Shown here: one piece after another, positions 18,617-26,880 of the stretch
Layout of the letters: each line of letters begins with the position of its first letter
How positions within the stretch are numbered: the first letter of the stretch is position 1
Assembly: GCA_007135895.1 (NCBI GenBank)
Contig: SLHZ01000287.1
Span: forward strand, 1-31,011
DNA: 31,011 bases
Source: Balneolales bacterium
GTDB lineage: Bacteria; Bacteroidota; Rhodothermia; Balneolales; Natronogracilivirgulaceae
Direction of reading: 5' to 3'
Notes under the pieces: generated by a model
Seen by the model: the letters and a program-made list of their open reading frames with translations, nothing else
Told to the model about the DNA's origin: nothing
The model's database searches: none
Program-made: the position numbers and the translations under genes

Positions 18617-19273
18617 TCAGCAAACTCCTTCTTTTCGATTGTATCGGAAGATGCCGTTGCGATTGACGTGCCCAACGTATTTACCCAGGACTCGTACCTC
18701 TTCGAAGATATCGGGTTCAATGGTTATATCCTGGTATTCCTTGTTGGCGGGTTTAAGCTGCAATCCGTTTTCACCGTAGTATATGTGCTTCAGTGAAGTC
18801 TCTCCGTTATAGAGCACCGCTCCGATATCACCGTTCCGGATATCGTCATCGATAAGAAGCACAAAGTCCCCGTCGTGGATGCTGGCATCTTTCATGCTGG
18901 AACCGGATACCCGGAGCGCATACATGCGATCCATATTGGGGAAAAGGTACTCGAGAGTAATAGCCCCCAGGTTGGCCTCCACGGCTTCCTGAAGCGACCC
19001 GGCTGCTATCAATCCCCTCACCGGAATGCCGCCTGTTTTTGCGGAGAACCGGGTTTGACTGCCTGGGGCGAGTTCGTATTCTTCCTCATCGGTTTTTACC
19101 AGATAGCCTTTTTTGACCAGGGCCTGAAGATTCTGGGTGACACTGTTGGGTGATTTGAACCCGAACCGGTCGGTAATTTCCCGGTAAGTTGGCCAGATGT
19201 CGTGTTCTTCCCGGTAAGATACGATGTAGTCGAGGAACTGCTTTTGTTTGCGGGTGAGCTGCTGGTTGTCCAT
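18617..19273 (-). CDS. lexA: LexA transcriptional repressor (S24 family), 218 aa
   Basis: N-terminal winged HTH (LTRKQKQFLDYI...PTYREI...FGFKSPNSV...LQALVKKGYL), Ala-Gly cleavage site GLIAAG, catalytic Ser (VSGSSM) and catalytic Lys (ETSLK). Confidence 0.95.
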   Translation of the reverse strand: MDNQQLTRKQKQFLDYIVSYREEHDIWPTYREITDRFGFKSPNSVTQNLQALVKKGYLVKTDEEEYELAPGSQTRFSAKTGGIPVRGLIAAGSLQEAVEANLGAITLEYLFPNMDRMYALRVSGSSMKDASIHDGDFVLLIDDDIRNGDIGAVLYNGETSLKHIYYGENGLQLKPANKEYQDITIEPDIFEEVRVLGKYVGHVNRNGIFRYNRKEGVC

Positions 19274-19298
19274 CAGGATTCACGAATTAGCGGTTATG

Positions 19299-19349
19299 TG
19301 TAAGAAACATGTGCAAAATACAATAAAAAACCGCTGCAAACAACACGTG
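19299..19349 (-). promoter_or_regulatory. Candidate lexA promoter (TTGTTT-17-TATTTT) bracketed by two copies of a 15-bp operator-like motif
   Basis: -35 at 19338-19343 and extended (TG) -10 at 19315-19320. Minus-strand CACGTGTTGTTTGCA (19335-19349) and CACATGTTTCTTACA (19299-19313) are identical at 11 of 15 positions. Confidence 0.45.
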
Positions 19350-19355
19350 ACAGCA

Positions 19356-20249
19356 TTAATGTGTTTTTTGGGCACCTTTGAGGCGTCTGGGATTGACCGT
19401 AAAGACAGCCGGCTTCACATGCCGCACAACATTTGATGCCGTGCTGCCGAGGCGCAGATAATCAAGGCCGGTGCGTCCGATGGTAGCCATGACGATCAGA
19501 TTATAGTCTGTTTCTTCGCTGATCCGGGTGATTTTTTCGTGGATGGAGCGTTTTGTGGTTAATACCTGTGTCCTGACATTACCGGTCATGCCGTCAAACC
19601 GATCCGCAACCAGCTTTTGCATCTGCTCTTCGCGTGATTCGATGATATTCTGAATTTTTGAGGCACTACCCAGGGGTTCACGGCTGAGTATGTGGATGAT
19701 ATCGAGATCGGCACCGGAAGCCGTGGCGATACTTCGGGCAAAGGGAACAGCTTTGAGAGAGTAATCGGAGAAATCGGTGGTGAGCAATATTCGTTTCAGA
19801 GGCTTCAATTCCGAAGATTCTCCGGCTACAACAACGGGTACAGGTGCAAAGCGTATGACCTTTTCCGCCACCGATCCCATGATAAGCCGTGAAACTCCGG
19901 TACGGCCATGACTGGTCATCACAATCAGGTCGAAATGGTGAGCGGTCTCTATTATGGCATCGGACGGGTTGCCCACATGAATGATCCCGCGATTCAGGGC
20001 AGAGGGCTCGGCATGTCTGGCCGACTCCGAGTCAAGTTTGAGCATCAGCCGTTTTGCCAGCTCTTCATGAGCATCTGAAAAAGTATCGGAAGCGGGGTGT
20101 TCCGGATCGTCGATATCGCCAAGTGAGAGGTAGGAGTGAAAAGGTGTAATAGCTCCGTCGAACAGTTCGGCGAAGACGGATGCAACTTCAAAGGCTTTGT
20201 AGCTGAGTTCTGAAAAATCTATGGGTACCAGTATGTTTGCATTCTTCAT
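19356..20249 (-). CDS. Universal stress protein with tandem USP domains (297 aa)
   Basis: ILVPIDFS, DLIVMTSHGRTG...MGSVAEKVIR, then a second domain ILLTTDFS...LIVMATIGRTG...LGSTA. Confidence 0.95.
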   Translation of the reverse strand: MKNANILVPIDFSELSYKAFEVASVFAELFDGAITPFHSYLSLGDIDDPEHPASDTFSDAHEELAKRLMLKLDSESARHAEPSALNRGIIHVGNPSDAIIETAHHFDLIVMTSHGRTGVSRLIMGSVAEKVIRFAPVPVVVAGESSELKPLKRILLTTDFSDYSLKAVPFARSIATASGADLDIIHILSREPLGSASKIQNIIESREEQMQKLVADRFDGMTGNVRTQVLTTKRSIHEKITRISEETDYNLIVMATIGRTGLDYLRLGSTASNVVRHVKPAVFTVNPRRLKGAQKTH

Positions 20250-20282
20250 AAAGGGCGCAGTGGTGGTGTGATGTTGGACGAA

Positions 20283-21158
20283 TCATCCGGCTGTGTCAGG
20301 CTTGATACTTAGTACGGGTGTTTTGACATGGTGAAGAATACTGGCGGCCGTACTGCCAAGCATCATGTAATCGAGTCCGGTGCGACCGATGGTAGCCATG
20401 ACAACAAGGTTGTAGGGGTGTGCTTTTGTGAGGCGGATGATCTCTTCAGAGACGGATTTTTCTGTGTAGATCACTTCGGTATGAAGCTGTTCTTCAAGGT
20501 CTCCGAGGTATTTCCGGGCCAGGTGGTCGAGTTCCAGTTTTCGATCCTGGCTGTCGTGCTGTGCCCGGGCAAATGTGTCGAACTGCTCAAAACTGACGAT
20601 ATGAACCAGGTCGATTTTTGCATTGGCTGCACGGGCAAAGGCGGCGGCTGGTTCAAATGCGTAGAGGGAATTCTCGGAAAAGTCGGTGGTGAGGAGGATC
20701 CTGTGCAGCGGCATGAGCCTGCTTTCTTCTTCTATGACCAGAACAGGGGCAGGGGATGTGCGCAGGACTTTATTACAAACCGATCCCAATATGAGTCGCG
20801 TGAAACCGGTGCGTCCGTGGCTGCTCATGACGATGAGGTCATAGTCGCTGGCGGTTTCGCTGATGCATCGGGCGGCATTGCCTATTTTCACGACAGGTTC
20901 GGAATAGATGCCTTCATCAAAATATTTTTCCGACAACCCGGCCAGGCGTTTATGAAGATTTTTTTCCAGAGTGCGCAAATCCGATTCCGGACTTGTTTCA
21001 CCCATGAAGTAAAAACCGTCGAGGTCATTCATCTGCATGTAGGCATGGAAAGGTGTAATTTTTCCATCAAGGAGCCTGGCGATGGCCAGTGCATTCGGAA
21101 AAGCGATCAGGCTGAGGTCGGAAAAATCGGTGGGGACGAGGATACGTGGCTTTTTCAT
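20283..21158 (-). CDS. Universal stress protein with tandem USP domains (291 aa)
   Basis: ILVPTDFS, DLIVMSSHGRTG...LGSVCNKVLR, then a second domain ILLTTDFS...LVVMATIGRTG...LGSTA. Confidence 0.95.
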   Translation of the reverse strand: MKKPRILVPTDFSDLSLIAFPNALAIARLLDGKITPFHAYMQMNDLDGFYFMGETSPESDLRTLEKNLHKRLAGLSEKYFDEGIYSEPVVKIGNAARCISETASDYDLIVMSSHGRTGFTRLILGSVCNKVLRTSPAPVLVIEEESRLMPLHRILLTTDFSENSLYAFEPAAAFARAANAKIDLVHIVSFEQFDTFARAQHDSQDRKLELDHLARKYLGDLEEQLHTEVIYTEKSVSEEIIRLTKAHPYNLVVMATIGRTGLDYMMLGSTAASILHHVKTPVLSIKPDTAG

Positions 21159-21242
21159 CAGTTACCGGGTTGTGTTCCTGTGGAAGAAGAAGCATGATCA
21201 TGCCGGGTACAAGTATCGCTGCAAGCGATGGCCTGATCCAGG

Positions 21243-21250
21243 CAAAGGTA
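21243..21250 (-). promoter_or_regulatory. Candidate -7 promoter element TACCTTTG upstream of the USP pair
   Basis: TAnnTTTG match 84 nt upstream of ATG 21158, correctly oriented in intergenic DNA. Confidence 0.4.
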
Positions 21251-21305
21251 TATCTAAAAGATACCGGGGGAGATAGAGAGCATACGTGTAATGTAGTTAA
21301 TCCAA

Positions 21306-21330
21306 CATACTCTGACAAATGTGGAGTATG
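21306..21330 (-). terminator. Possible weak terminator hairpin after the patatin gene
   Basis: CATACTC/GAGTATG 7-bp stem with an 11-nt loop, 25 nt after the stop. The U-tract is poor. Confidence 0.25.
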
Positions 21331-21355
21331 GCAATTAATTCCTTATGTAACAGGC

Positions 21356-23530
21356 TCAAAAGTTCATTCCGACCTGAAACTCGAGAAGAACGGAGTACTT
21401 GTCGCTTCCGGAGAGAACCAGTTCAATGGGACCGAGCACGGTGTTCCAGCTGATGGAAGTGCCCCAGCCCCAGCGTGGAAACTGTTCCAGAACGGACAGG
21501 TCCAGCAAGCGGTAGGTATCTCCCGCATTGAAACCGCCGGTGACGTAGAAGTTTCCATAAAAGCGGTACTGAGCGGCAAGGCGGCCCGTGATGATATTAT
21601 GTCCGGAAAGACCCTCTTTGGGATACCCCCAGAAGGAGTCGTGGCCGCCGGCATAAAAACGGTAATGCAGGGGGGCGGTACCCCAGAAGATATGCCCGGC
21701 CCGAAGTGCATGAATCAGTGACAGGTTGTCATTGATCTCATAATAGGCGGTCCATCTTGCGTATATTTTTCCGAAAGCGGCATCGTTGGGCAGGAAATCA
21801 GGGAAGAAGTCAGAGCGAACTTTCGCATGGTGGCCTTTTGTCGGAATACGACTCCGGTTGAGGTTGTCAAATTCCAGCTTTCCCGTAAAAGCATGAAGCT
21901 GGTTTGAACCTTCCGGGACATTGAGTTCACCGATACTTTGGGTCAGGTTGAAGAACTCGAACCGGTAGCCGGCGCCGGCACTGGTTACCGAAGCGTATTG
22001 TGGACCGACAAGGGTTTCAGTGTAAAAAATATCTGTCCGGGCCGTGGCGATTTGCCGGTCGTTGCGATACACATCGATTTCACGTTCCCGGAAGCCGGTG
22101 GTGTGCATGACGGCCAGACGCGGTTCGAGGCCGACATAATTGAAGTAGTTTGCTTCGATCATGGACTCATGGCCCACCCGGATGTTTACACGTGCCGTGG
22201 AAGCCGGATAAATCAGGTTGCGGAAGGTGGCGTTGAACAAGACCGAGGGGCCAAGTGTATTCTTGTGATGAAAACCGGCATGGATGGTGTTGCCGGTCTG
22301 CTCTTCCAGCATGATGATCAGATCCGCCTGATCGTCGTGCCATGCCAGGCGATAGCTCACCTGTTTGAAACGCTGCATGCCGTAGAGCCGCATCAGTCCG
22401 TCATCGAGCTTTTGCCGTGCAAGGAGGCTGTTTTCTTCGATTTGCAGGTTCGAATGGATGTGATCTTTCGGGACGGTGTATGCTCCTTCGATTCGGATAT
22501 TTCGAACGGGCAGATAGAAGGACTGCTCGTAGGCTGGAACAGATGGTCTGTCGCTTGATGATCTCAAACGGTTGAGGCTGTCGGCCAGTGCCTTGATCTC
22601 GGGGAGTCGTCTGCGCGCCTCAGCTTCGCCGGCCTGTATGATCTCTGTGACTTCACCGAAACTCAGTGTAGAGTAGTGCCTTAAGTCCGGCTGAAGATAG
22701 AAATCGGCAACCTCCCGCTGTTCAAGCATGGAGGTCCGCATTCCAATGGCAATGGTCTGAGTGAGGATATCGGGCAGAGTGAGCAGCTGGTCGGCCGGTT
22801 TAAGATCCGAGCTGGAGTTGACAGCGATGACAAAATCGGCCCCAAGCTTGAATGCCTCCCGAACCGGCATGTTATTCATCACACCACCGTCGACAAGGAA
22901 GGTGCCGTCAATCCAGACGGGATCAAAGACCGAGGGGATGGACATGCTGGCCCGGATGGCGTCCGGCAGAAATCCGCGGTCCAGAGTCACGGCCGTTCCG
23001 GTCTCCAGATCGGTCGCGATACAGAGGAAGGGCCGGGGCAGCCGGGTGAAGTCTTCGACATCATGGTAGGCCCAGGTGAGACCGGCCAGCATGTTGAAGA
23101 TCAGGTTGCCTGATACCATTCCGGTTGGCAGCTGAACACGGGTTCTCTCAACAGGAAAAGAGACCAGGAAGCGTCCGTCATAGGGTTTTTCATCCATGGG
23201 CAGGAAAGTGCGGCTGATCTGCTCTTCAAAGAGCTGGCGCCAGTCGGTTTTTATCACTTCCCGTCCCATCATTTCCGGGGTATAACCGATGGCATAGAGG
23301 GCGCCTACAATGGCGCCCATACTGGTGCCTGTAACGATATCAACGGGTATACCGGCTTCTTCAAAGACTTTAAGTACTCCGATATGGGCCAGACCGGCTG
23401 CTCCTCCGCCACTCAGGGCAAGTCCCACAACAAATTCATCCGTGGCGGGATCGCTGAGGGGACCGGGTTCATGTCCCCGTGCTGATCCGGCCAGCAGGAT
23501 CAGTATCAGCAACAGGCGGCATCGTTTCAT
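21356..23530 (-). CDS. Patatin-like phospholipase + POTRA + Omp85 barrel protein (PlpD / type Vd architecture), 724 aa
   Basis: Signal peptide, LALSGGGAAGLAHIG, nucleophile GTSMG, IRASMSIP and LVDGG. A POTRA-like segment (VRNIRIEG...LDDGLMRLYGMQRFKQVSY) precedes beta-strands ending in FQVGMNF with a terminal Phe. Confidence 0.92.
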   Translation of the reverse strand: MKRCRLLLILILLAGSARGHEPGPLSDPATDEFVVGLALSGGGAAGLAHIGVLKVFEEAGIPVDIVTGTSMGAIVGALYAIGYTPEMMGREVIKTDWRQLFEEQISRTFLPMDEKPYDGRFLVSFPVERTRVQLPTGMVSGNLIFNMLAGLTWAYHDVEDFTRLPRPFLCIATDLETGTAVTLDRGFLPDAIRASMSIPSVFDPVWIDGTFLVDGGVMNNMPVREAFKLGADFVIAVNSSSDLKPADQLLTLPDILTQTIAIGMRTSMLEQREVADFYLQPDLRHYSTLSFGEVTEIIQAGEAEARRRLPEIKALADSLNRLRSSSDRPSVPAYEQSFYLPVRNIRIEGAYTVPKDHIHSNLQIEENSLLARQKLDDGLMRLYGMQRFKQVSYRLAWHDDQADLIIMLEEQTGNTIHAGFHHKNTLGPSVLFNATFRNLIYPASTARVNIRVGHESMIEANYFNYVGLEPRLAVMHTTGFREREIDVYRNDRQIATARTDIFYTETLVGPQYASVTSAGAGYRFEFFNLTQSIGELNVPEGSNQLHAFTGKLEFDNLNRSRIPTKGHHAKVRSDFFPDFLPNDAAFGKIYARWTAYYEINDNLSLIHALRAGHIFWGTAPLHYRFYAGGHDSFWGYPKEGLSGHNIITGRLAAQYRFYGNFYVTGGFNAGDTYRLLDLSVLEQFPRWGWGTSISWNTVLGPIELVLSGSDKYSVLLEFQVGMNF

Positions 23531-23595
23531 ACGAATCTGGATGCTGTCGGTTAGGCAGGCCGGTTCTGGTGTGCCGGATTTTAAAGAAAGAAATG

Positions 23596-24648
23596 TTACC
23601 GTACTTCCCAGGTTTCTTCACCTGAAAGCAGATCCTCGAGACCGGGCTCTCCAAGGCGCTCTTTTGCCGCTGCGATTTGCCGGTGGAGCAGGTCCTCATA
23701 GGTTGCCCGCTCTTCGGCCAGCAGCACTCCAAACGGGCGTGGGAAAGCGCCTTCCACCCAGTTGTCCTCAAAAAAGCGGCTCAGGATAAATGCTTTGTTC
23801 CGGTCTTTTTCGTCATGGACCCAGAGATCGTTGACGGACCATTCGTTGCTTCGAAGGTCGACTATTTCGGGTTTGTGTCCATCCAGGCGGATGCCGTATT
23901 CATCTTCTTTCCCGAAAACGAGCGGTTTTTCGTCATAGATGTAGATACTGTTGTTGCTTTTACGCTCCTTGTCGGTCCAGGGCTGGAAGGCCCCGTCGTT
24001 GAAGACAACACAGTTTTGATAAATTTCCAGGAAGGAGGTACCTTTATGACCGGCACTTCGTTCCAGGATTTCCTGCAGATGTTTGGGGTCGCGGTCGATG
24101 GCTCGTGCCACGAAGCTTCCGTTAGCGCCCAGTGCCAGTGTTAGCGGGTTGAATGGGCTGTCAAGAGATCCCATGGGACTGGTCTTGGTTACGTGTCCCA
24201 CATGGGAGGTTGGTGAATACTGCCCTTTGGTCAGGCCGTAGATCTCATTGTTGAACATCAGGATGTTAATATCGAGATTGCGGCGAAGCAGATGAATGAA
24301 GTGATTGCCTCCAATGGAGAGACAGTCACCGTCGCCGGTGGTCACCCAGACGCTCAGATCAGGTCGTGAAGCCTTCAGTCCGGTTGCGATGGCGGTGGCC
24401 CTTCCGTGGATACCGTGCAGCCCGTAGGTATTCATGTAATACGGGAATCGGGAAGAGCAGCCAATTCCGGCCACAAAGACAATGTTTTCCCTGGGAACTC
24501 CGAGTTTGGGCATCAGGGTTTGGACCTGCTTGAGGATGGTGTAGTCACCGCAGCCCGGGCACCAGCGCACATCCTGATCCGATGCAAAGTCTTTCCCTTT
24601 GAGATTTCCGTTGGTGGGGGCAGTTTTGGTACTTTGTTTCGCACTCAT
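23596..24648 (-). CDS. korB: 2-oxoacid:ferredoxin oxidoreductase beta subunit (350 aa from ATG 24648)
   Basis: RWCPGCGD, GIGCSSR, HGIHGRA, GDGDCLSIGGNH, NNEIYGLTKGQYSPT and EIYQNC. Substrate specificity cannot be determined from the sequence. Confidence 0.93.
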   Translation of the reverse strand: MSAKQSTKTAPTNGNLKGKDFASDQDVRWCPGCGDYTILKQVQTLMPKLGVPRENIVFVAGIGCSSRFPYYMNTYGLHGIHGRATAIATGLKASRPDLSVWVTTGDGDCLSIGGNHFIHLLRRNLDINILMFNNEIYGLTKGQYSPTSHVGHVTKTSPMGSLDSPFNPLTLALGANGSFVARAIDRDPKHLQEILERSAGHKGTSFLEIYQNCVVFNDGAFQPWTDKERKSNNSIYIYDEKPLVFGKEDEYGIRLDGHKPEIVDLRSNEWSVNDLWVHDEKDRNKAFILSRFFEDNWVEGAFPRPFGVLLAEERATYEDLLHRQIAAAKERLGEPGLEDLLSGEETWEVR

Positions 24649-24744
24649 AGTTCTTGTTGTCTGATAGAAATCCTTGGTGTCGGTAAATAATTCGTGAAGC
24701 AGACGCTCCATACAAGCTGCTTATGCCTGCATGGCGCCTGCTGT

Positions 24745-26613
24745 TCATGACCGGTTGTATGTTTCTGTGATCTTTTCCCTGAGTTCGGCTACCGTGAAAG
24801 GCACGCCCCGAATTCTGTTGTATCCTTCGGCAGGGACCAGGTAGGTATCCCTCAGCAACTTCACGAGCTGGCCCTGATTCAGTTCGGGCACCAGGATACG
24901 CTCAAATCGGCGAAGCATGTCCCCCAGGTTTGCAGGGAACGGGCTCAGATGGCGGATATGGAGATAAGAAACGTCGCAGCCTTCTTCCCGGACATCGGTG
25001 ACGGCGGATTTGATGGCACCGTAGGTAGAGCCCCATCCAACAACGAGCAGCTTTCCACTGTCGGAGCCTTCGTCCATTTCTTGTCCGGGTATGACTTTTG
25101 CAATGTTGTCCCGTTTTTCCTTTCGCAGTTCGGTCATCAGCTGGTGGTTATCGGGATCATAGGAAATATGTCCGGTTTCATGCTGCTTTTCCAGTCCGCC
25201 AATGCGATGCTCGAGACCTTTGGTGCCCGGTATTGCCCAGGGCCTGACCAGGTTGTCGTCCCGTTTGTAGGGCAGGAAAGGGGTCTGACTATCGCTTTGC
25301 TCATCCGCTTTTGCGAACCGGAACCGGAAGGGTTTCAGTTCCGACTTTTTGGGCAGTTTCCAGGGTTCAGACCCGTTGGCGATATAGCCGTCAGTTAGGA
25401 CCATGACCGGGATCATGTGTTCCACGGCAATGCGGCATGCCTCATAGGTGATGGAGAAGCATTCCGCCGGGGATGCGGGAGAGACGACAACCAGCGGGGT
25501 CTCGCCTGCGCGGCCGTAGAGTGCCTGAAGCAAATCGGACTGCTCGGTTTTGGTCGGGAGACCGGTTGATGGTCCGGCTCGCTGGACGTTGACGATGACC
25601 AGAGGCAGTTCCAGCATGACCGCCAGTGTTATGGCCTCGGATTTCAGGGCTATGCCCGGACCGGAGCTGGTAGTCACGCCGAGGCTTCCTCCATAGGAAG
25701 CTCCGATTGCGGATGCGATGGCTGCGATTTCGTCTTCGGCCTGATACGTGGTGACACCATAATGTTTGAGACCGGAGAGATACTGCAGGATCTCGGATGC
25801 CGGTGTGATGGGATAGGATCCCAGGAAGACGGGGACTCCCGAGTTTTTAGCGACGGCAGCGATACCGAGTGAAGTGGCATCATTGCCTGTGATATTACGG
25901 TAAGTACCCGGTTCAATCGGAGCAGCTTCCACATTGTAGCGTTCGCTGAAGAGCTCGGTTGCAATGCCAAAGGTGTATCCGTCATTCAGTGCCCTGACAT
26001 TGGCTTCGGCAATGAGGGGTTTTTTCTTGAACTTTTTCTGAATGAAGGAAACAGTGGGTTCCAGGGGGCGGCTGTAGAGCCAGTAGAGCACACCCAGCAC
26101 AAACATGTTCTTGGAGCGATCAATGTCTTTGTTGGGAAGACCGGTATCCTTCAGACTTTCCCTGGTCAGACGGGTGACGTCGATTTCAATGACGGTGTAT
26201 CCGGAGTCTTTCGCATCCTGGAGAGGAGTTGCATCAACGGGATACTGGGCAAGTGACAGGTCTCTTTTATGAAATCCGTCAGAGTTTGCAATAATGATGC
26301 CACCGGTTTTCAATGACTTCAGATTGGCTTTCAGGGCAGCGGCATTCATGACCACAAGGACATCACACGAATCTCCCGGTGTATGGATGGCTTTACTGCC
26401 GAAATGAATCTGGAAACCCGAGACACCGGATACCGTACCTGCCGGAGCACGTATTTCGGAAGGAAAATCGGGGAAGGTGCTCAGATCAAAGCCGGAGATG
26501 GCAATAGTGGAGGTAAACTGGGAGCCGGTCAGCTGGATCCCGTCTCCCGAGTCACCGGAAAAACGGATGGTGACCTCTTTTTTGAATTTTTCTTGCTTTT
26601 CTTTCACACTCAT
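24745..26613 (-). CDS. korA: 2-oxoacid:ferredoxin oxidoreductase alpha subunit (gamma-alpha fusion), 622 aa
   Basis: IRFSGDSGDGIQLTG, PSEIRAPAG, SYPITPASE, QAEDEIAA, TSSGPGIALKSE, VQRAGPSTGLPTKTEQSDL and ELNQGQL. Confidence 0.94.
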   Translation of the reverse strand: MSVKEKQEKFKKEVTIRFSGDSGDGIQLTGSQFTSTIAISGFDLSTFPDFPSEIRAPAGTVSGVSGFQIHFGSKAIHTPGDSCDVLVVMNAAALKANLKSLKTGGIIIANSDGFHKRDLSLAQYPVDATPLQDAKDSGYTVIEIDVTRLTRESLKDTGLPNKDIDRSKNMFVLGVLYWLYSRPLEPTVSFIQKKFKKKPLIAEANVRALNDGYTFGIATELFSERYNVEAAPIEPGTYRNITGNDATSLGIAAVAKNSGVPVFLGSYPITPASEILQYLSGLKHYGVTTYQAEDEIAAIASAIGASYGGSLGVTTSSGPGIALKSEAITLAVMLELPLVIVNVQRAGPSTGLPTKTEQSDLLQALYGRAGETPLVVVSPASPAECFSITYEACRIAVEHMIPVMVLTDGYIANGSEPWKLPKKSELKPFRFRFAKADEQSDSQTPFLPYKRDDNLVRPWAIPGTKGLEHRIGGLEKQHETGHISYDPDNHQLMTELRKEKRDNIAKVIPGQEMDEGSDSGKLLVVGWGSTYGAIKSAVTDVREEGCDVSYLHIRHLSPFPANLGDMLRRFERILVPELNQGQLVKLLRDTYLVPAEGYNRIRGVPFTVAELREKITETYNRS

Positions 26614-26880
26614 GGCAATAGGGAGCAGAAGTATTTATGATTAATGGATGAGGAGTTTGTGGTCCGGAATAAAAGAAAGTGATAATAAAGTAATAATAAA
26701 CAAAAGCCTGTACACAGCAACAATAATGATTGTATCTGCTTGTGGAAGATGGAAATTGTCCCTTATTTCATACCGGACAATGATGTTTGTCCCTGCAGAT
26801 GGCTCAAGATAGGCAATCTGCCGCAATATTGTTCAATGAATCACATCAAAAAAGGGGCTTTTTCAAGGAAAAAACTCGAT

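Noticed and set aside
17949-19273. LexA/SOS control of rplU-rpmA by co-transcription
   Set aside because: The 88-bp gap carries its own TATCTTTG candidate promoter, so adjacency alone does not support co-regulation.
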